Assembly: GCF_009914755.1 (NCBI RefSeq)
Contig: NC_060944.1
Source: the human T2T-CHM13v2.0 reference genome, Homo sapiens
DNA: 64,000 nt
Reading direction: 5' to 3' (one strand)
Part shown: positions 12,030 to 25,323 of the stretch, in pieces
Position numbering within the stretch: the stretch's first letter is position 1
Layout of the letters: each line of letters starts with the position of its first letter
Program-made: the position numbers and the translations under genes
The notes under the pieces: generated by a model
What the model was told of the DNA's origin: nothing
The model's database searches: none
What the model saw: only the letters and a program-made list of their open reading frames with translations

Positions 12030-14677
12030 TGATATGGTTTGGCTCTATGTCCCTACCCAAATTTCACCTTGAATTGTAATAATCCCCACGTGTCAAGGGC
12101 AAGACCAGGTGTAGGTAATTGAATCATGGTTTCCCCCATGCTGTTCTCATGACAATGAGTTAGTCTCATGAAATTTGATGATTTCATAAGCATCTGGCAT
12201 TTCCCCTGTTGGCACTCATTCTCTCTTTTGCTACCCTGTGAAGAGATGTCTTCCTCCATGATCGTAAGTTTTCTGAGGCCTCCCCAGCCATGTGGAACTT
12301 TGAGTCAATGAAGCCTCTTTTCTTTATAAATTATCCAGTCTTGAGTATTCCTTCACAGCAGCATGATGACAGACTCATACAGTAAATTGGTCCCAGGAGT
12401 GGGTGCTATTATATGGATAGCTGAAAATGTGGAGGCAACTTTGGAATTAAGTAACAGTGAGAAGTTGGAACAGTTTGGAGGGCTTAGAAGAAAACAGGAA
12501 AATGTGGGAAAGTTTGGAACTTTCTGGAGACTTGGAGGGCTCAGAAGACAGGAAGATGTGGGAAAGTTTGAAACTTCCTAGAGATTTGTTGAATGATTTT
12601 GACCAAAATGCTGATATTGATATGGACAATGAAGTCCAGGCTGAGGTGGTCTCAAATGGAGATGAGGAACTTGTTGGGAACTGGAATAAAGGTTACTCTT
12701 GCTATGCTTTAACAAAGAGACTGGTGGCATTCTGCCCCTGCCCTAGAGATGTGTGGAACTTTGAACTTGAGAGAGATGATTTATGGTATTTGGTGGAAAA
12801 AAAATCTGTTTTATTTCTGTTTATTTTATTTTATTTTATTTTTTGAGATGGAGTCTTGCTCTTTGGCCCAGGCTGGAGTGCAGTGGTGCAATCTTGGCTA
12901 ATGGCAACTTCTATCTCCCAGGTTCAAGTAATTCTCCTGCCTCAGTTCCCAAGTAGTTGGGAATACAGATGTGCACCACCACACCCGGCTAATTTTTGTA
13001 TTTTTAGTAGAGACAGGGTTTCACCAATGTTGGCCAGGCTGGTCTTGAACTCCTGACTTCAGGTGATCCATCTGCCTCAGCCTCCCAAAGTACTAGGATT
13101 ACAGGCATGAACCACCACTCCTGGCCTGGTAGAAGAAATTCTAGTGGCAAAGCATTCAAAAGGAAGTAGAGCATAAAAGTTTAAAAAGTTTACAGCCTGG
13201 TGATGGGGTCAAAAGAAAAATCCATTTTTTGGAGAGTAATTCAAGCCTGATGCAGAAATTTGCATAGGTAATGAGGAGGAGAATGTTAATCACCAAGACA
13301 ATGGGGAAAATGTCTCCAGGGCATGTCAGAGACCTTCAAAGTAGCCCCTCCCAGCACAGGTTCAGAGGTCTAGGAGGAAAAAATCATTTTCTTGGCCTTA
13401 CCCAGGGCCCCCCTGCTGTGTGCAGCCTAGGGACTTGGTGCCCTACGTCCCAGCTGCTCCAGCTATGGCTAAAAAGGGCCAACATACAACTCAGGCCATT
13501 GCTTCAGAGGGTGCAATTCCCCAACCTTGGCAGCTTCCATGTGATGTTGGTCCTTTGGGTGTGCATAAGACAGTTGAGGTTTGGGAAACTTTGTCTAGAT
13601 TTCAGAGGATGTATGGAAATGCCTGGATGTCCAGGCAGAAGTTTGTCACATGGGTGGAACCCTCATGGAAAACCTCTCCTAGGGCAGGGTAGAAGAGAAA
13701 TGTGAGGTCCGAGCCCCCCAAACAGAGTCCCTACTGGGGCACTGCCTAGTGGAGCTGTGAGAAGAGGGCCACCATCATCCAAACTGCAGAATGGTAGATC
13801 TACCAACAGCTTGCATCATGCGCCTTGAAAAGCCACAGGTACTCAATGCCAGCCCATGACTGCAACTGTGGGCGGGTGGGTGGGGCATATACCCTGCAAG
13901 GCCACGTGGGTGGAGCTGCCCAAAACCACAGGAGCCCCCTTCTTGCATCAGTGTGACCTGGCTGTGAGACATGGAGTCAAAGGAGATCTTTTTGGAACTT
14001 TAAGATTTAATGACTGCCCTGTTGATTTTCGGACTTTCATGGGGCCTGTAGCCCCTTTGTTTTGGCCAATTTCTCCCATTAGGAGTGGCTGTATTTACCC
14101 AATGTCTGTATCCCCATTGTATCTAGGAAGTAACTAACTTGCTTTTGATTTTACAGGCTCATAGGTAGAAAGGACTTGCCTTGTCTCAGTTGAGGTTTTG
14201 GACTTGGACTTTTGGGTAAACGCTTGAATGAGTTAAGACTTTGGGGTCTGTTTGAAGGACATGATTGTGTTTTGAAATGTGAGGACATGAGATTTGGAAG
14301 GGGACAGAGGTGGAGTGATATGGTTTGACTCTGTATCCCCACCCAAATCTTATCTTGACTTATAATCATCCCCATGTGTCAAGGGCAGGACCAGGTTGAG
14401 GTAATTGAATTATGGAGATGGTTTTCCCCATGCTGTTCTTGTGATAATGAGTGAGTCTCATGAGATCTGATGGTTTTATAAGCACCTGGCATTTACCTTC
14501 TGGCACTCATTCTCTCTCCTGCTGCCCTGTGAAGAGGTGCCTTCCGTCATGATTGTAAGTTTTCTGAGGCCTCCCCAGCCATGTGTAACTATGAGTCAAT
14601 TAAACCTCTTTTTTTTTCTTTATAAATTGCCAAGTCTTGGGTATTTCTTCATAGCATCATTAGAATGGGCTAACACA
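12030..14677 (+). mobile_element. Full-length MaLR provirus, THE1C-like (LTR-int-LTR)
   Basis: 5' LTR 12030-12381 and 3' LTR 14316-14677 both start TGATATGGTTTG and end ..ACA; THE1C-type CTGGCATTTCCCCTG..GGCACTCATTCTCTC; internal region starts GTAAATTGGT; interrupted by an Alu. Confidence 0.93.
12808..13126 (-). mobile_element. AluS inserted in THE1 internal region
   Basis: Antisense Alu with (TTTTA)n tail; degenerate TSD TGGTGGAAAAAAAATCT / TGGTAGAAGAAATTCT. Confidence 0.95.
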
Positions 14678-15217
14678 GTAAATGACTGTTTTGAAGGGAA
14701 CATTGAAATTTAGTAAACTGGCTGTTGTTTCTTTTAGGAGCTCATTGATAATATTCACTCATTCATTTTTACCATCCTGTTGCTCCATGCATTGTAAAGG
14801 CAGTCATTGGCTTTTGGCTTGATACTGTTGGCTGTATTAGCTTGTGCCTTGTGAGATAACAAAGGGAATGTGCCAAGAAATTGGGAGAAAGTCTGTATTT
14901 TCCCATGTTTACTCTTTGATCTTACTTTTCATGTTCTCGGCTCTTGAAGGACAAAGAAGTTTGTTGTAGTCAATCCAAAGCTTCCTTCCTGCTCATTTTC
15001 CCAGAGACTTGGCCTCAAAAATTTGGTCCAGACATAATTTTTTGGCATATGGTAGATTTGTTCAGTGCCCCTCGGTAAAGACCTTTCAGATACACAACAC
15101 AAATTCAACTGTTGGTTCACTACAGATTTCAAGATCATAAATCATATTGAGTCATGTCTACTAGCAATTCATTATCAGCCTTTTCTTCATATTCCCTCTG
15201 CCTAGAGTTATCCAGGA

Positions 15218-15489
15218 TTTTTTTTTTTTTTTTTTTTTTTTGAGGCAGAGTCTCACTATGTCACCAGGCTGGAGTGCAATGGCGTGATCACGGCTCACTG
15301 CAACCTCCGCCTCCCAGGTTGAAGCGATTCTCCTGCCACGTGGGTGCATGCCACCATGCCCAACTAATTTTTGTATTTTTTGTAGAGACGGGGTTTCACC
15401 ATGTTGGCCGGGATGGTCTTGATCTCTTGACCTCGTGATCCGCCCGCTTTGGCCTCCCAAAGTGCTGGCGTGAGCCACCGCACCCGGCC
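15218..15489 (-). mobile_element. Alu (AluSc-like) with two internal deletions
   Basis: Poly(T), GAGTCTCACT ... CCCGGCC; lacks the TCAGCCTCCCGAGTAGC and GATTACAG segments; TSD ATCC(A/T)GGATTTTT. Confidence 0.95.
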
Positions 15490-16578
15490 GATCCTGGATT
15501 TTTAATAAGAATCTCTGCAATTATGAATGCACGAAACATCAGATAACCCAAATGTGAAGGACTGAAAGTGTAACCCTTGGCTATTGGCATGATCTTGTGG
15601 CTAATTACTATTTCATATTTAAGCTTTAGTATCTAGATTTTGTGGATTCTGACTCTATTATCACTTGGAATATTTTTATAACAAGACAGGTCCTATAGCA
15701 ATTCCTCATAGGCAGGAATTATTTTTGCTCTGTTTTCCAAATATTTGAAGCTGAATTCATCTTTGCTCATATGAAGATGATGAAATGAAAAGAGAAACAC
15801 AAGACCAAATTATTATCAAAGTCTTCCTAACCAATCTGCAGATCTCTCTCATCTTTCCTGATTTATTAATGAAAAAAAGAGGCAGCTTCTGGTGGTGGAT
15901 AAATTCGTTTTAAATATCCTTGAATATTCACTAGGAATGATACTAATAATCAACTCCAGGTAACTTAAGACTATGCATATTATAGACATAAAGCTGATAG
16001 GGTATTTCTTTATGTCTTAGTATGAGGTAAAACTCCCTGAAAGTTTCCTAATATCTTTATGATTTTTTTTTTGCTTTGTCTGATCATTTTGCACAGTAGA
16101 CCCTCTCATGCTGTCATTCTGGATTTCACATCTTTTCTTCACTGCCACCTGCTTTTCTGTTGAAAACAAATATTTCCTTTAATCTCTCTTGTGTTCAGAG
16201 TACTAGTGTGTTTGACACTGCCCTCTGCTTTTACATAGTATTATCTAAAAATGTATTTAGGTTTTGATTTTCTCCAATTAAATTATTTTAAAGTTATAAT
16301 GTAATTATTTTAAGTTTACAATTTTAAAGTAGAATAACTATAGATCTTATCATTTATAGGGTTTATTCTGTACTTGCTGGAGCGTACAGTTACCACATTT
16401 CTTGATCTGGAAAGTTATTTATCGCCATTTAATAACGATGCTTTTATTTTATTGAAAATACACAACTCTATTGCACATGAAAAATGTATTTGAGTGGCTG
16501 AGAAGTTGTATGAAAGCTCAGGATTAAAACCAGAAAAATTCGCTTCATATCCCGACTCTGCTGACTGTGACCTATATG

Positions 16579-16785
16579 CAGTGGTGAGCTGATAAATGTT
16601 TAACAACCAGTTCTCAAGCAGAAATAGTCCTTAATTTGAAGAATTTGCCAATTTCTATGTAGTGTTTCTGAATCCACCATGACTAATTTTAAGTTGCAAA
16701 CTGGAAGTTGCTGAACTAAAGGTAGCAACCCACATGTAGAGATGTCTTTCTCCAGCCTGTGAGAGCCAGGTCTAGTATAACATCC
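16579..16785 (-). mobile_element. MER63A (hAT-Blackjack) nested in a MIR
   Basis: TIR CAGTGGTGAGCTGATAAATGTTTAACAACC; MIR sequence on both sides (TTCATATCCCGACTCTGC ... GTCTCAGTTTTCTGCTGTGTAA). Confidence 0.8.
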
Positions 16786-18884
16786 ACAGACTTTTGGGTA
16801 TAACACTTAGCTTGCCTGAGTCTCAGTTTTCTGCTGTGTAACATAGATTGTGTTAGGATAAAATAGTCTATGATGAAGTCTTGAAATACGGTAGCTCCAA
16901 TAAATTGCTTTTCTAAAATTCTCCATTAATGTAATTACTATTGCAAAGAAATATTGTATAGATTAAATAAATATATTACTTTCATAAAATCTTTGTTGTT
17001 GAATTTTTATCTCAATGCTAAACATGTTTATCTCTGTAATATTCAGTTTCTAGTATTTCATTCTGAAATAAACTATGCCTAAAATTTGTAAAAGTTAGAA
17101 TTTCTGCAATTATGAAGCCAACCCCATTACTGGAGCAGTTTTGTGCTGCAGTAGCACTTAAATGTTTAGCATTAATTATTTAAAATTGCAGCTGAGTTTA
17201 CAACCTTCCGTCTTAATCACAGAGAGGGAAGAAGACGTGAGAATCAAAGTTAGATTTAGTTGTTTTGTTTTTTTCTACCGACAAATTTGGAAAAAAAATG
17301 TAATATTTCTGAACTCTGCTACTGAGGAGATTTGCCTTATTGAGTCATAAAGTATTTGCCACCGTCTCTAATAAGTATTGTTACATTTGACTTTACATGA
17401 GCTTTTAAATCTTTTACAGAAAGAATGCATTCTCTCATTATCTTAACTCTTTCAGATGAGCTTTCTCAAGTTGAGCCATTTGCTTTCCTTGGTCTTTCCT
17501 GCCCAGCAGTGCTGGTGACATGAGCATCCTCTTGCTCCAATGCACCTTTCTTGACCTGACTTGACTGCTGGCTTTGATTCAATTATTTGACACTTCTTCC
17601 CCAAAGAAAATGCTGGGGTGATAAAACAGAGGTGACAGGAGAGTAGGTAAAACTGGTCAGCAATAAATCAATCAAACAAGTACTTATCCAACACTTCCTA
17701 AGTAGCAGAGACTGTGGTGTAAACCCATAAAATCCTCAGAGAGAGAGAGGAAAGGAAAGAAGCCAAGAGCAATGAAATATGGAAGAAGGAAATATTTAAG
17801 AAGTGGCTCATAGGTGTAAGATTCAAAAATAAACATTAAAAATCAAGAAAGGCACAAAATATATAAAATAGTGCAAAGAAAAAGGCTTACATATTTATTT
17901 CCAATTTAGTCAAATATATGCAATATTAACAATACCCAAAGGTAGATGTCTTGTCTGTTTAATACTGTCTTTTTATATTTCATAAGGTACTGTTTCATCT
18001 TCCAAAGCTGATTAGAAATCCTGCTGCTTCAGTGTATTCTCTGGGTGCTTCTCATCCATTCAAACCTTCATTTAGTGAAATTCCATGAAATTTTAATGAA
18101 ATAAATATAATGACAGCAGGCATATTTCCCCACCCTAATTTTCCCCCAAACTGACGTGTTAGAAGATGACTTCATGGATATTTATTTGATGTTAGAGGTA
18201 TGGGATTTGGATTTTGAAAGTTTATGTTTTTTCTTTTCACCAAATATGAAAATTAAAGGAGGCAGATGACACAACAGTTAGGAATCAAGTGTCCCAAGGT
18301 AAGTAGGAATCTTTTTACATTTTAACAAATTGCTCAGTCCTGCAAAGCTACAAATAGTGTTGTTTGCATTTCAAGTTTCTTGGAGATTGCTTGACCTCTT
18401 AAACTCCATAAAAAGAAATTATTTCTATATAGAGTCCTTAAAATTCAGAGTCTTTGTTTCATGGTAAAAATTTCAGCCTTTATTCTATGCCAAGATGTTG
18501 CTTTTCATAAGCTGGATAGTTGATTATTACTATGGTTGTGCAGCTGGTAAAATCTGGGAGTATCCAGTTGGTTTCTGAATGGTGTTATCTTATGTATCTA
18601 TTGATCTACCAATCATCTACTTCTAATGGATCATTTTATTCAGGTAAACTCAAACCTAGCTGATTAAATGTATTCATTATAATTTACATAGTGTTAATGC
18701 TTCATAAAATCTGAAACTTATTATGAATATAATTTGAATGTTTTCTTACCTTTCTCACATGCTCCAGAGGTTCTACTTCCTTGACCTGATTCGAGCTAAC
18801 CAGCAGAATAGAAAGATATCCAATGCCTAGCTTTGGGGATTTACCCAATATCTTGCAAATATGTGTGGACAATATATATAAACA

Positions 18885-19050
18885 GTGTGACATTTGAGTC
18901 AGACAGTTAGGGGTCCAAACAGTAATTCTTCAACTTACTAGTATATGGTTTGAAAACATTACTAAAGCTCTCTGTGCCTGTTTACTCATCAATAAAATGG
19001 GATTAATAACATATTTTGCAGGACTGATTTGAAAATAAAGATGAGTAATA
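18885..19050 (+). mobile_element. MIR
   Basis: GAGTCAGACAG ... CTCTCTGTGCCTGTTTACTCATCAATAAAATGGGATTAATAA. Confidence 0.8.
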
Positions 19051-19917
19051 AATAATAGTGATTGCATCTCTTTCCTCAGTTCTTGTAGGTTTTATAAGAA
19101 ATTATTTTTCTTGAAATTTCTTTCTTTTTCTATTAAGAAGGACAAATGGGAAAGAGGTTCCCATGGAGTATAGTTGACATAAGGCCATGTGAGTGTTGTT
19201 AGTTCTGTCTTAAGGCTCTTCCAGCTGAGATTCTAAGACCTGGCAGAGCAAAGCTCAAATAAACACAGCTGCTTCTGTGTCCCTCCTTAGGTGGTGTGGC
19301 TGCGTGTGTCAGCCTCCCTTTATAATGAACAGAACACTTTTCAGGTACATGGCAAAGGTTTTAAGATAAAAGTAGAAAATCACCAGAGTTCTTATATATT
19401 CCATAGAACATTTATAGGCTGGAAGGTTCAGACTCATGGGCAAATGGCTCCAAGCACAAGATTGAGAAGATACTTCCATCCCAAACAGAGGCAATGTAAT
19501 TATGAGGAAGCATCTTTAAGAAATGCTGTTGTGGTTCTCCCCTTATTAAACTTCACGTCTATGTTCCATCAGTAGACAGGAAAGAATATGATGATTTGCA
19601 AACCTACAGAGTGCCAAAATCTAGCAGTGATCCTTATGGAGGAATAGAATTTTCACTTATTATGTGTATTCTTTGATAGTTATTTTAAGGCACTTTATTT
19701 CCATTTATAACACTCCTGCAGTGCATAGACCATTATCCTTAATGGGGACATTGAGTACCATAATTCACTGGGTAGCTAAGAGATTTGAACTGATTGCAGA
19801 GCCCAGCATCTTTTCATTGAATTATGCTATATTAGTGCAACAGGTGAATGCTTAAGGATCTCTACAATTAAACCGGTGTGGGTATGAACAGAACATAAAC
19901 AAATCACACTGACTTTT

Positions 19918-20340
19918 GTCTTAGGTCAGAGTCCCTAGGAACAGAGCTTGAGACTGGAATTAGGTGCGCATGATTTACTGAGGGAGTGCTCTCTGGTGAA
20001 TGCTATAAAGCTGTAAGAAAAGCAGAAGGCAGGAAAGACATTAAGCAAAAATGGATGGGTCCAGGTTCTCCTCCTGATCCCACGGGTAGTCTTGAAGCTT
20101 GAATAGCACTACAGAGATGGTATCAATTTGAAGCAAGAGGCTCAAGTTTTGTACCCTTTGCATGAATTTTTAGCTGTGAGCTAGCCCCCGGGATGGGGGT
20201 GGAGGCTGGCCTCCTAGTCAAGGTAGCTTCTGTTTGGTTGAGAACATTTCTGTCAAAAGAGTTGCTGTGAATTGGCATCTGTGGCCTGTGTGTGCCAACA
20301 GTGACCTCTGCACATTGTATGTGCTGTACATCTGTATCCA
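19918..20340 (-). mobile_element. ERVL solo LTR (LTR33/LTR16-like)
   Basis: Starts TGTCTTAGGTCAGAGTCCCTAGGAACAGAGCTTGAGAC, followed by TGATTTACTGAGGGAGTGCTCTC and CCTGATCCCACGGG. Confidence 0.75.
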
Positions 20341-21794
20341 AATCAGAAAATTAGCTGCTGTTTAACACATTCTTTACAACATAAAGCTACTAACAAAGCT
20401 GTGGTTTCAAGCTGAGTCTCCATGTCACAAGGATAAATCTTAAGATTTACCTGAGGTCCACCCCGGTGAAAAACAGGACAGTGAATGGTCAGTAACAGAG
20501 CACCTACTATGTCACTCTCCAGAGTTTAAGTGACTTAAATCTCACAACCACCTACCAATGCCCATAATTTGGCCACTTTTTGTGTGTGAGTACTGTTTGA
20601 AAAACAACAACAACAAACAAAACCTCATTTTGGTGGCAACACCTGACCTGTACATATTTAAGTCCATGTATAAATTTTATTTTCTTGAAATTATGGGAAT
20701 ATTTAAATGTTTGAAGAAATAATTACTAATCGAGTTGATTAGTGCATACTGCCCAAGGTCCTACTAGCTGTGTTATGTGATCTACACAAAATATACTTTT
20801 TGACATTATAATATCTAGAATTATTATATACGATTATTATATAATTATTATAAAGGGTTATATACTACAACCCTGGCCATAGGGTCTACATGGAAAAAAA
20901 ATGTATCCCTGACCCATGATATCACCATATGGGTAAGGGAATGGAGGCTCAGAAGCTTTGGATGTCAGACAGGATCTCTTAGAATTCATCTCTTAGAATT
21001 CATTCAATGAATACTAATTCATTGGTATGACTAACTTAATACAGGAATTTGTTTTATAACATCCAACCAGACTACTGAGCATTTTGTACACATCCAAATA
21101 TGTAAGGCAGGTCATTTTATAATTTAGGGGACTCCAGCGTTTAGAAAATCCTACATAAAATCACAATCTATCTCCTTGTAAACTCTACTGATGGACCCTT
21201 GTCCTGGCACTCAGAAAATTGTAGACTATAAGCGTTTTTTTCTCCCATAGTTTACCCTGCAAATATGTGCATAAGTTGCAGGTTTCAAATCGTTAGGATT
21301 TTTCTTCTTTACACTCAGTGTCTCCATAACTTTTACCATTCTAATTAAACTTTTCTGGGATATTCCTTTTACAAAGGGCTCTTCCTGGGCCTGAGGTATT
21401 CAGGGATTTTAGCATGAAGTGCAGAGAGGGAAGAAGGAAGGGAGTGGGCAGAGGACTGGGGAAAGGACACATTCTTAGAGCCCTGTCTCTGTTGAAAACC
21501 AGCCCTTCCCCTCCCTGGAATCCAAGAGTAAATTCAGCCACAGCTTGGGTGGGGTGAATATCAGATTTGGCCCTACTGGTAGGTCACAGAAGTGGGAGAA
21601 ATCTACGTGTTGGTGGTTTTGTGGTTTCATGGAGTTCATCTATTTACAGTAGTAGAATTGCATGCTCATGACCTGAAAATACTGGGATCAAATCCAGCCT
21701 CCCAACAGAAGCTAAGAAGAACCTCAGATCCTCATCAGTATATTTTAGCACAGTTTTTTGTAGTGACTCCAGGTTGGATTTTGGTCTTTTAAAG

Positions 21795-21925
21795 TATGTA
21801 CAAGAATGTAAGCTCCTTGAGTCCAGAAATTTTGTTTATTTACTGCAGTGCTACTAGAACCTTCAGGGGTGCCTGGTACATAGTGAGCATTATGCAAGTT
21901 TTCAACATACATATGAGTGAATAAT
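21795..21925 (+). mobile_element. L2 3' end
   Basis: AGAATGTAAGCTCCTTGAG ... GTGCCTGGTACATAGTGAGCA. Confidence 0.75.
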
Positions 21926-23199
21926 TGAAAGGTTGGATAATTTAAATTATTTCAGGCATCATTTTAAAGTATACTCATTTGGAATTTGTCTCATGTTTTT
22001 CAACACTTCCAGTGCCCATAATTCTGCCATCTTCCAGTTTCCCCTAATAACGATGCTGTTCATGGGTCAGAAACTGTATAATACCCAGGAATATATTCTT
22101 TTTTCTGAAATGAGAAATCTGAACTAATGCAAACAGCCTTTCTAATTTTTCAGAGGACAGTGTTGTTGTTATTGTTAATACTCAGAGTCATCAAAACCTA
22201 CCCAGATAAATTTTAAGACAAAGCAATTGATGCAAAGAAAACCAGGGAGGATTACTTGTCAGTGACATGGTAACCTAGGACTTGTCTACATTTAATAACC
22301 CAGAAAGCCACAAAACACAGGGCTGCAAGAAAAATAAACTTACAAATTGATTTATTATATCTCTGAAAAAATAAATTTTCTAAAACAAATCTTGTTCACT
22401 AGAAATTTACCCAAAGACATATAGAAGATACAGATGATCTTTTTCAGCTTCTCTACCTCCTCTTTTTCTGATAATATTTTATCTTTAATGTTCTTTGAAT
22501 TTTTTCTTTGAACTATTTATAAAGGTTTGATAAGTGTTTCCAATTAGGTCATTTTACAAAATAGATGCTTAAGATAAGTTTTATTAAAATATTTCTAATA
22601 ATGAAGAAAAATTAAGTTATTAGTAAGGTGACCCACCAGAACATAATTGAAACCCTTTATGTAAGAGGTGAAAGCTACTGTTCATTAATCCCTATATTTT
22701 AATATATTAAAAAACTTGTATGAGACTTCTAGCTCAAAAACCAGTTGCTTTATAACCTGCTGAGTAGATTATAGATTATTTCATCTCTTAAAATATTTTT
22801 TCTCTCTTGCTATGATATATATGCATATTATATGATTATGTACTAACCTATTGTGTTAATATTTGCTGTTTGTGTGCCAAAAAATCATTATCTGCTCCCA
22901 AAACTTTGTGTGCTTACATAAGAGAGTGCATTAGAAGGACTGTAAACTGAGAAGTTGGAGAGAAAGACTTTATAATTCCAGATTAAATTTCAAATAACTC
23001 TGCTAATCAGATATCTGCTACCTATCTGTAATAACATTGGAGAGAATATTCCCATTTCCTTTAATTGTGACTATATGTTTTTGATACGGAAACTTGGGCT
23101 GTAATGTAAAAGGAGTCTGAGCTTAGACTAACATTTTTAGCTTATAGATGACAATAAATGTCTCCTTTCCCTTCACTCTTTCAGAATGAATTAATAGTA

Positions 23200-23560
23200 A
23201 TAATAATTTAAAACAAACTTTATACTTCATGAAAAAAACATGTTCATGTAGAAAAATCGGGAAATGCAAAAAAGAAGAAAATTACCTTAATCACCAATTA
23301 CCTAAAACCAGGTATATCTACTGTTAATATATGGATCCCTAGTCTTTTCACTCTCTTTAAAAAATATGTCAAATCTGTTTGAAAAAGAAAATATATGCAT
23401 AAATATAAAATCATACAAAACATTATAAAATGAAATGTTAAAATGCTCTTTCCTTCTGTCTTCAGCTCACCTCAATACTTCCTGTTCTGAGTTTTCTCTA
23501 GGATTGCCTTTACACATATGAAATCATATATACTTCTTGTTTGTCTTTTTTAAACTGCGT
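23200..23560 (-). mobile_element. Old L1 (L1ME-like) 3' fragments
   Basis: ACATGTTCATGTAGAAAAATCGGGAAATGCA ... CTACTGTTAATAT. Confidence 0.45.
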
Positions 23561-23769
23561 ATTTTAATTTCTTACTGAAAAATATGAGGAAGGTGTTCAT
23601 TTGTTTTCACGCCAACTTTCCCTTTGCAGCTTTTAATTTTTGCATCCACCTTCAGTTCTAGTGGGATTGAGAAATTACATTAAATTATCAAAGTCTTTAA
23701 ACCTAGAATTCATAAATTATTATATATCTTTAAATTTTATTTTGAGATTTTATTTTGTAATTATTGAGG

Positions 23770-23930
23770 ATGATAGTTGAGCTCTCAAGGAAGCTAGACT
23801 TTAATTTCTGCTATTTTGACCATAGTTAGTAGGGGGTCTTGGAAAGTCACATATATTCTCTGGCTCTTAGGTTGTTTACTTTTGAAATGTTAGGTGTGAA
23901 TTAAAGGTCCCTTGTGGCTCTAAAATTTTA
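23770..23930 (+). mobile_element. MIR3-like fragment
   Basis: TCTTGGAAAGTCACAT ... AAGGTCCCTTGTGGCTCTAAAATT. Confidence 0.55.
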
Positions 23931-24067
23931 CTATTTGTGAGATGTTATGAAAAGAACAGCTTTTATTCAGCTTGTTCAGTTGAAAGACAGTCATGGAGAC
24001 TGAAGGGTTACCTGTAACACCGAAAGTTTCTAACTCATTTTCTCTTTTGACTTTAACTTCAGTTGGC

Positions 24068-24100
24068 TATACACACACACACATACGCACACACACACAT
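24068..24100. repeat. (CA)n microsatellite, interrupted
   Basis: TATACACACACACACATACGCACACACACACAT. Confidence 0.9.
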
Positions 24101-24162
24101 CTCCCAGTGTGGAGGCACACACTTTTACACTCTTAAGAAGTATATTATAAATAATTATGATT

Positions 24163-24931
24163 CAGTGGTGTACTGGAGACAGTTTGCACTGGCTTGTGAA
24201 GAGCCAACTGTTGAATCATTTTCAACTCTCCACTGGGTGTCATCACATTGATAGGTTGAAATTGGCCATGGTAGAATTATTTATACCATGAAAATGAGCA
24301 AACCTTCCAAATTAGTTTTTCTTCTCTTTTTAATCCATAGATCAAGTATGCGGAAAAGAATTAACATAGCAGGACTACTATCTTTAGAATGACCTGCTTA
24401 CAGAGTTGGTCCTTGATTACTGTCTGGATTGCTGGATTTAGGGAGGGTTCTCACCATTCCCTAACTTTTAAGTCCTCATTGTGCCTATGCTGTGCAAACT
24501 GGGGATTATGGGGAACATCTACTTTCCTTAAAAGACATTGATTAAGGCTGGGCAGAGGAACCTTGATACATGCTAGGCAGAGGGTGGCTATTGATCATTT
24601 CCCAATAAAAACCTTAGGAAGTGAGTCTCTAATGAGCTTCATGCCTATGCAATATTTCATATGTGTTGTCAGAATTCCCTGTTGGAAGAATTAGGTGTGT
24701 CCTGCATGACTGTACTGGGAGAGGATTTTGGAAGTTTGCTCCTGGTTTCCTCCAGACTTTATCCCATGCACCTTTTCCCTTTGCTGATTTTTCTTTGTAT
24801 AATTTTGCTGTAATAAATCATAGCACTGAACACAATTGTATTCTGAGTCCTGTAAGTCCTCCAAGCAAATTACCAAACCTGGAGGTGGTCTTGGGGAATC
24901 CAAACACAGCAAATTTGTCAGCACACCACTG
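24163..24931 (+). mobile_element. MER63A split by an LTR insertion
   Basis: TIRs CAGTGGTGTACTGG (24163) and CAGCACACCACTG (ends 24931); body TTGAAATTGGCCATGGT. Confidence 0.85.
24347..24908 (+). mobile_element. MER68-like ERVL solo LTR
   Basis: GAAAAGAATTAACATAGCAGG start, GGGAGGGTTCTCACCATTCCCTAACT, AATAAA, end GGTGGTCTTGGGGAATCCAAACACA; about 560 bp. Confidence 0.8.
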
Positions 24932-25056
24932 ATCAAATTGTGAAACTCTATTCAGCCATTAATATAAATTATCTATATGTTGTGTCCTGGAAATAGACTC
25001 ATGGTATACTGTTCAGGAGAAACAAACAAATACCTAATTCACAAAAGTAATGTGTT

Positions 25057-25098
25057 TGTGTGTGTGTGTGTGTGTAGGCATGCATACACATGTGTGTG
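25057..25098. repeat. (TG)n microsatellite
   Basis: TGTGTGTGTGTGTGTGTGT followed by mixed purine-pyrimidine alternation. Confidence 0.85.
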
Positions 25099-25323
25099 TT
25101 TGAAGACATAGGAAATTATCTGTATGATTAGCTATCAAATTCTTAATATGGTTTCTTTTGGATGCTGATATTGGATAGACAGAACACAATACTTCCTCCA
25201 CATACTTTATATAATGAAAACAAAAAAATTAAATGGTGGAATTTATAAATAATTTGTATTTTATTTTCTGATAACATTGAAATAAAAATACAGAGTAGAA
25301 AACATTATACTTCTAAATGGCAC

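Noticed and set aside
12363-14375. Cluster of 60-144 aa ORFs (also 25489-27459)
   Set aside because: All lie in THE1 LTR or internal sequence; fragmented MaLR ORF remnants, not host genes.
20974-21003. 14-bp tandem duplication ATCTCTTAGAATTC; similar short duplications at 54546-54576 and 54886-54907
   Set aside because: Ordinary slippage duplications that create no evident motif.
21428-21461. Four G-runs suggesting a G-quadruplex
   Set aside because: Two loops of 9 nt; weak candidate with no supporting context.
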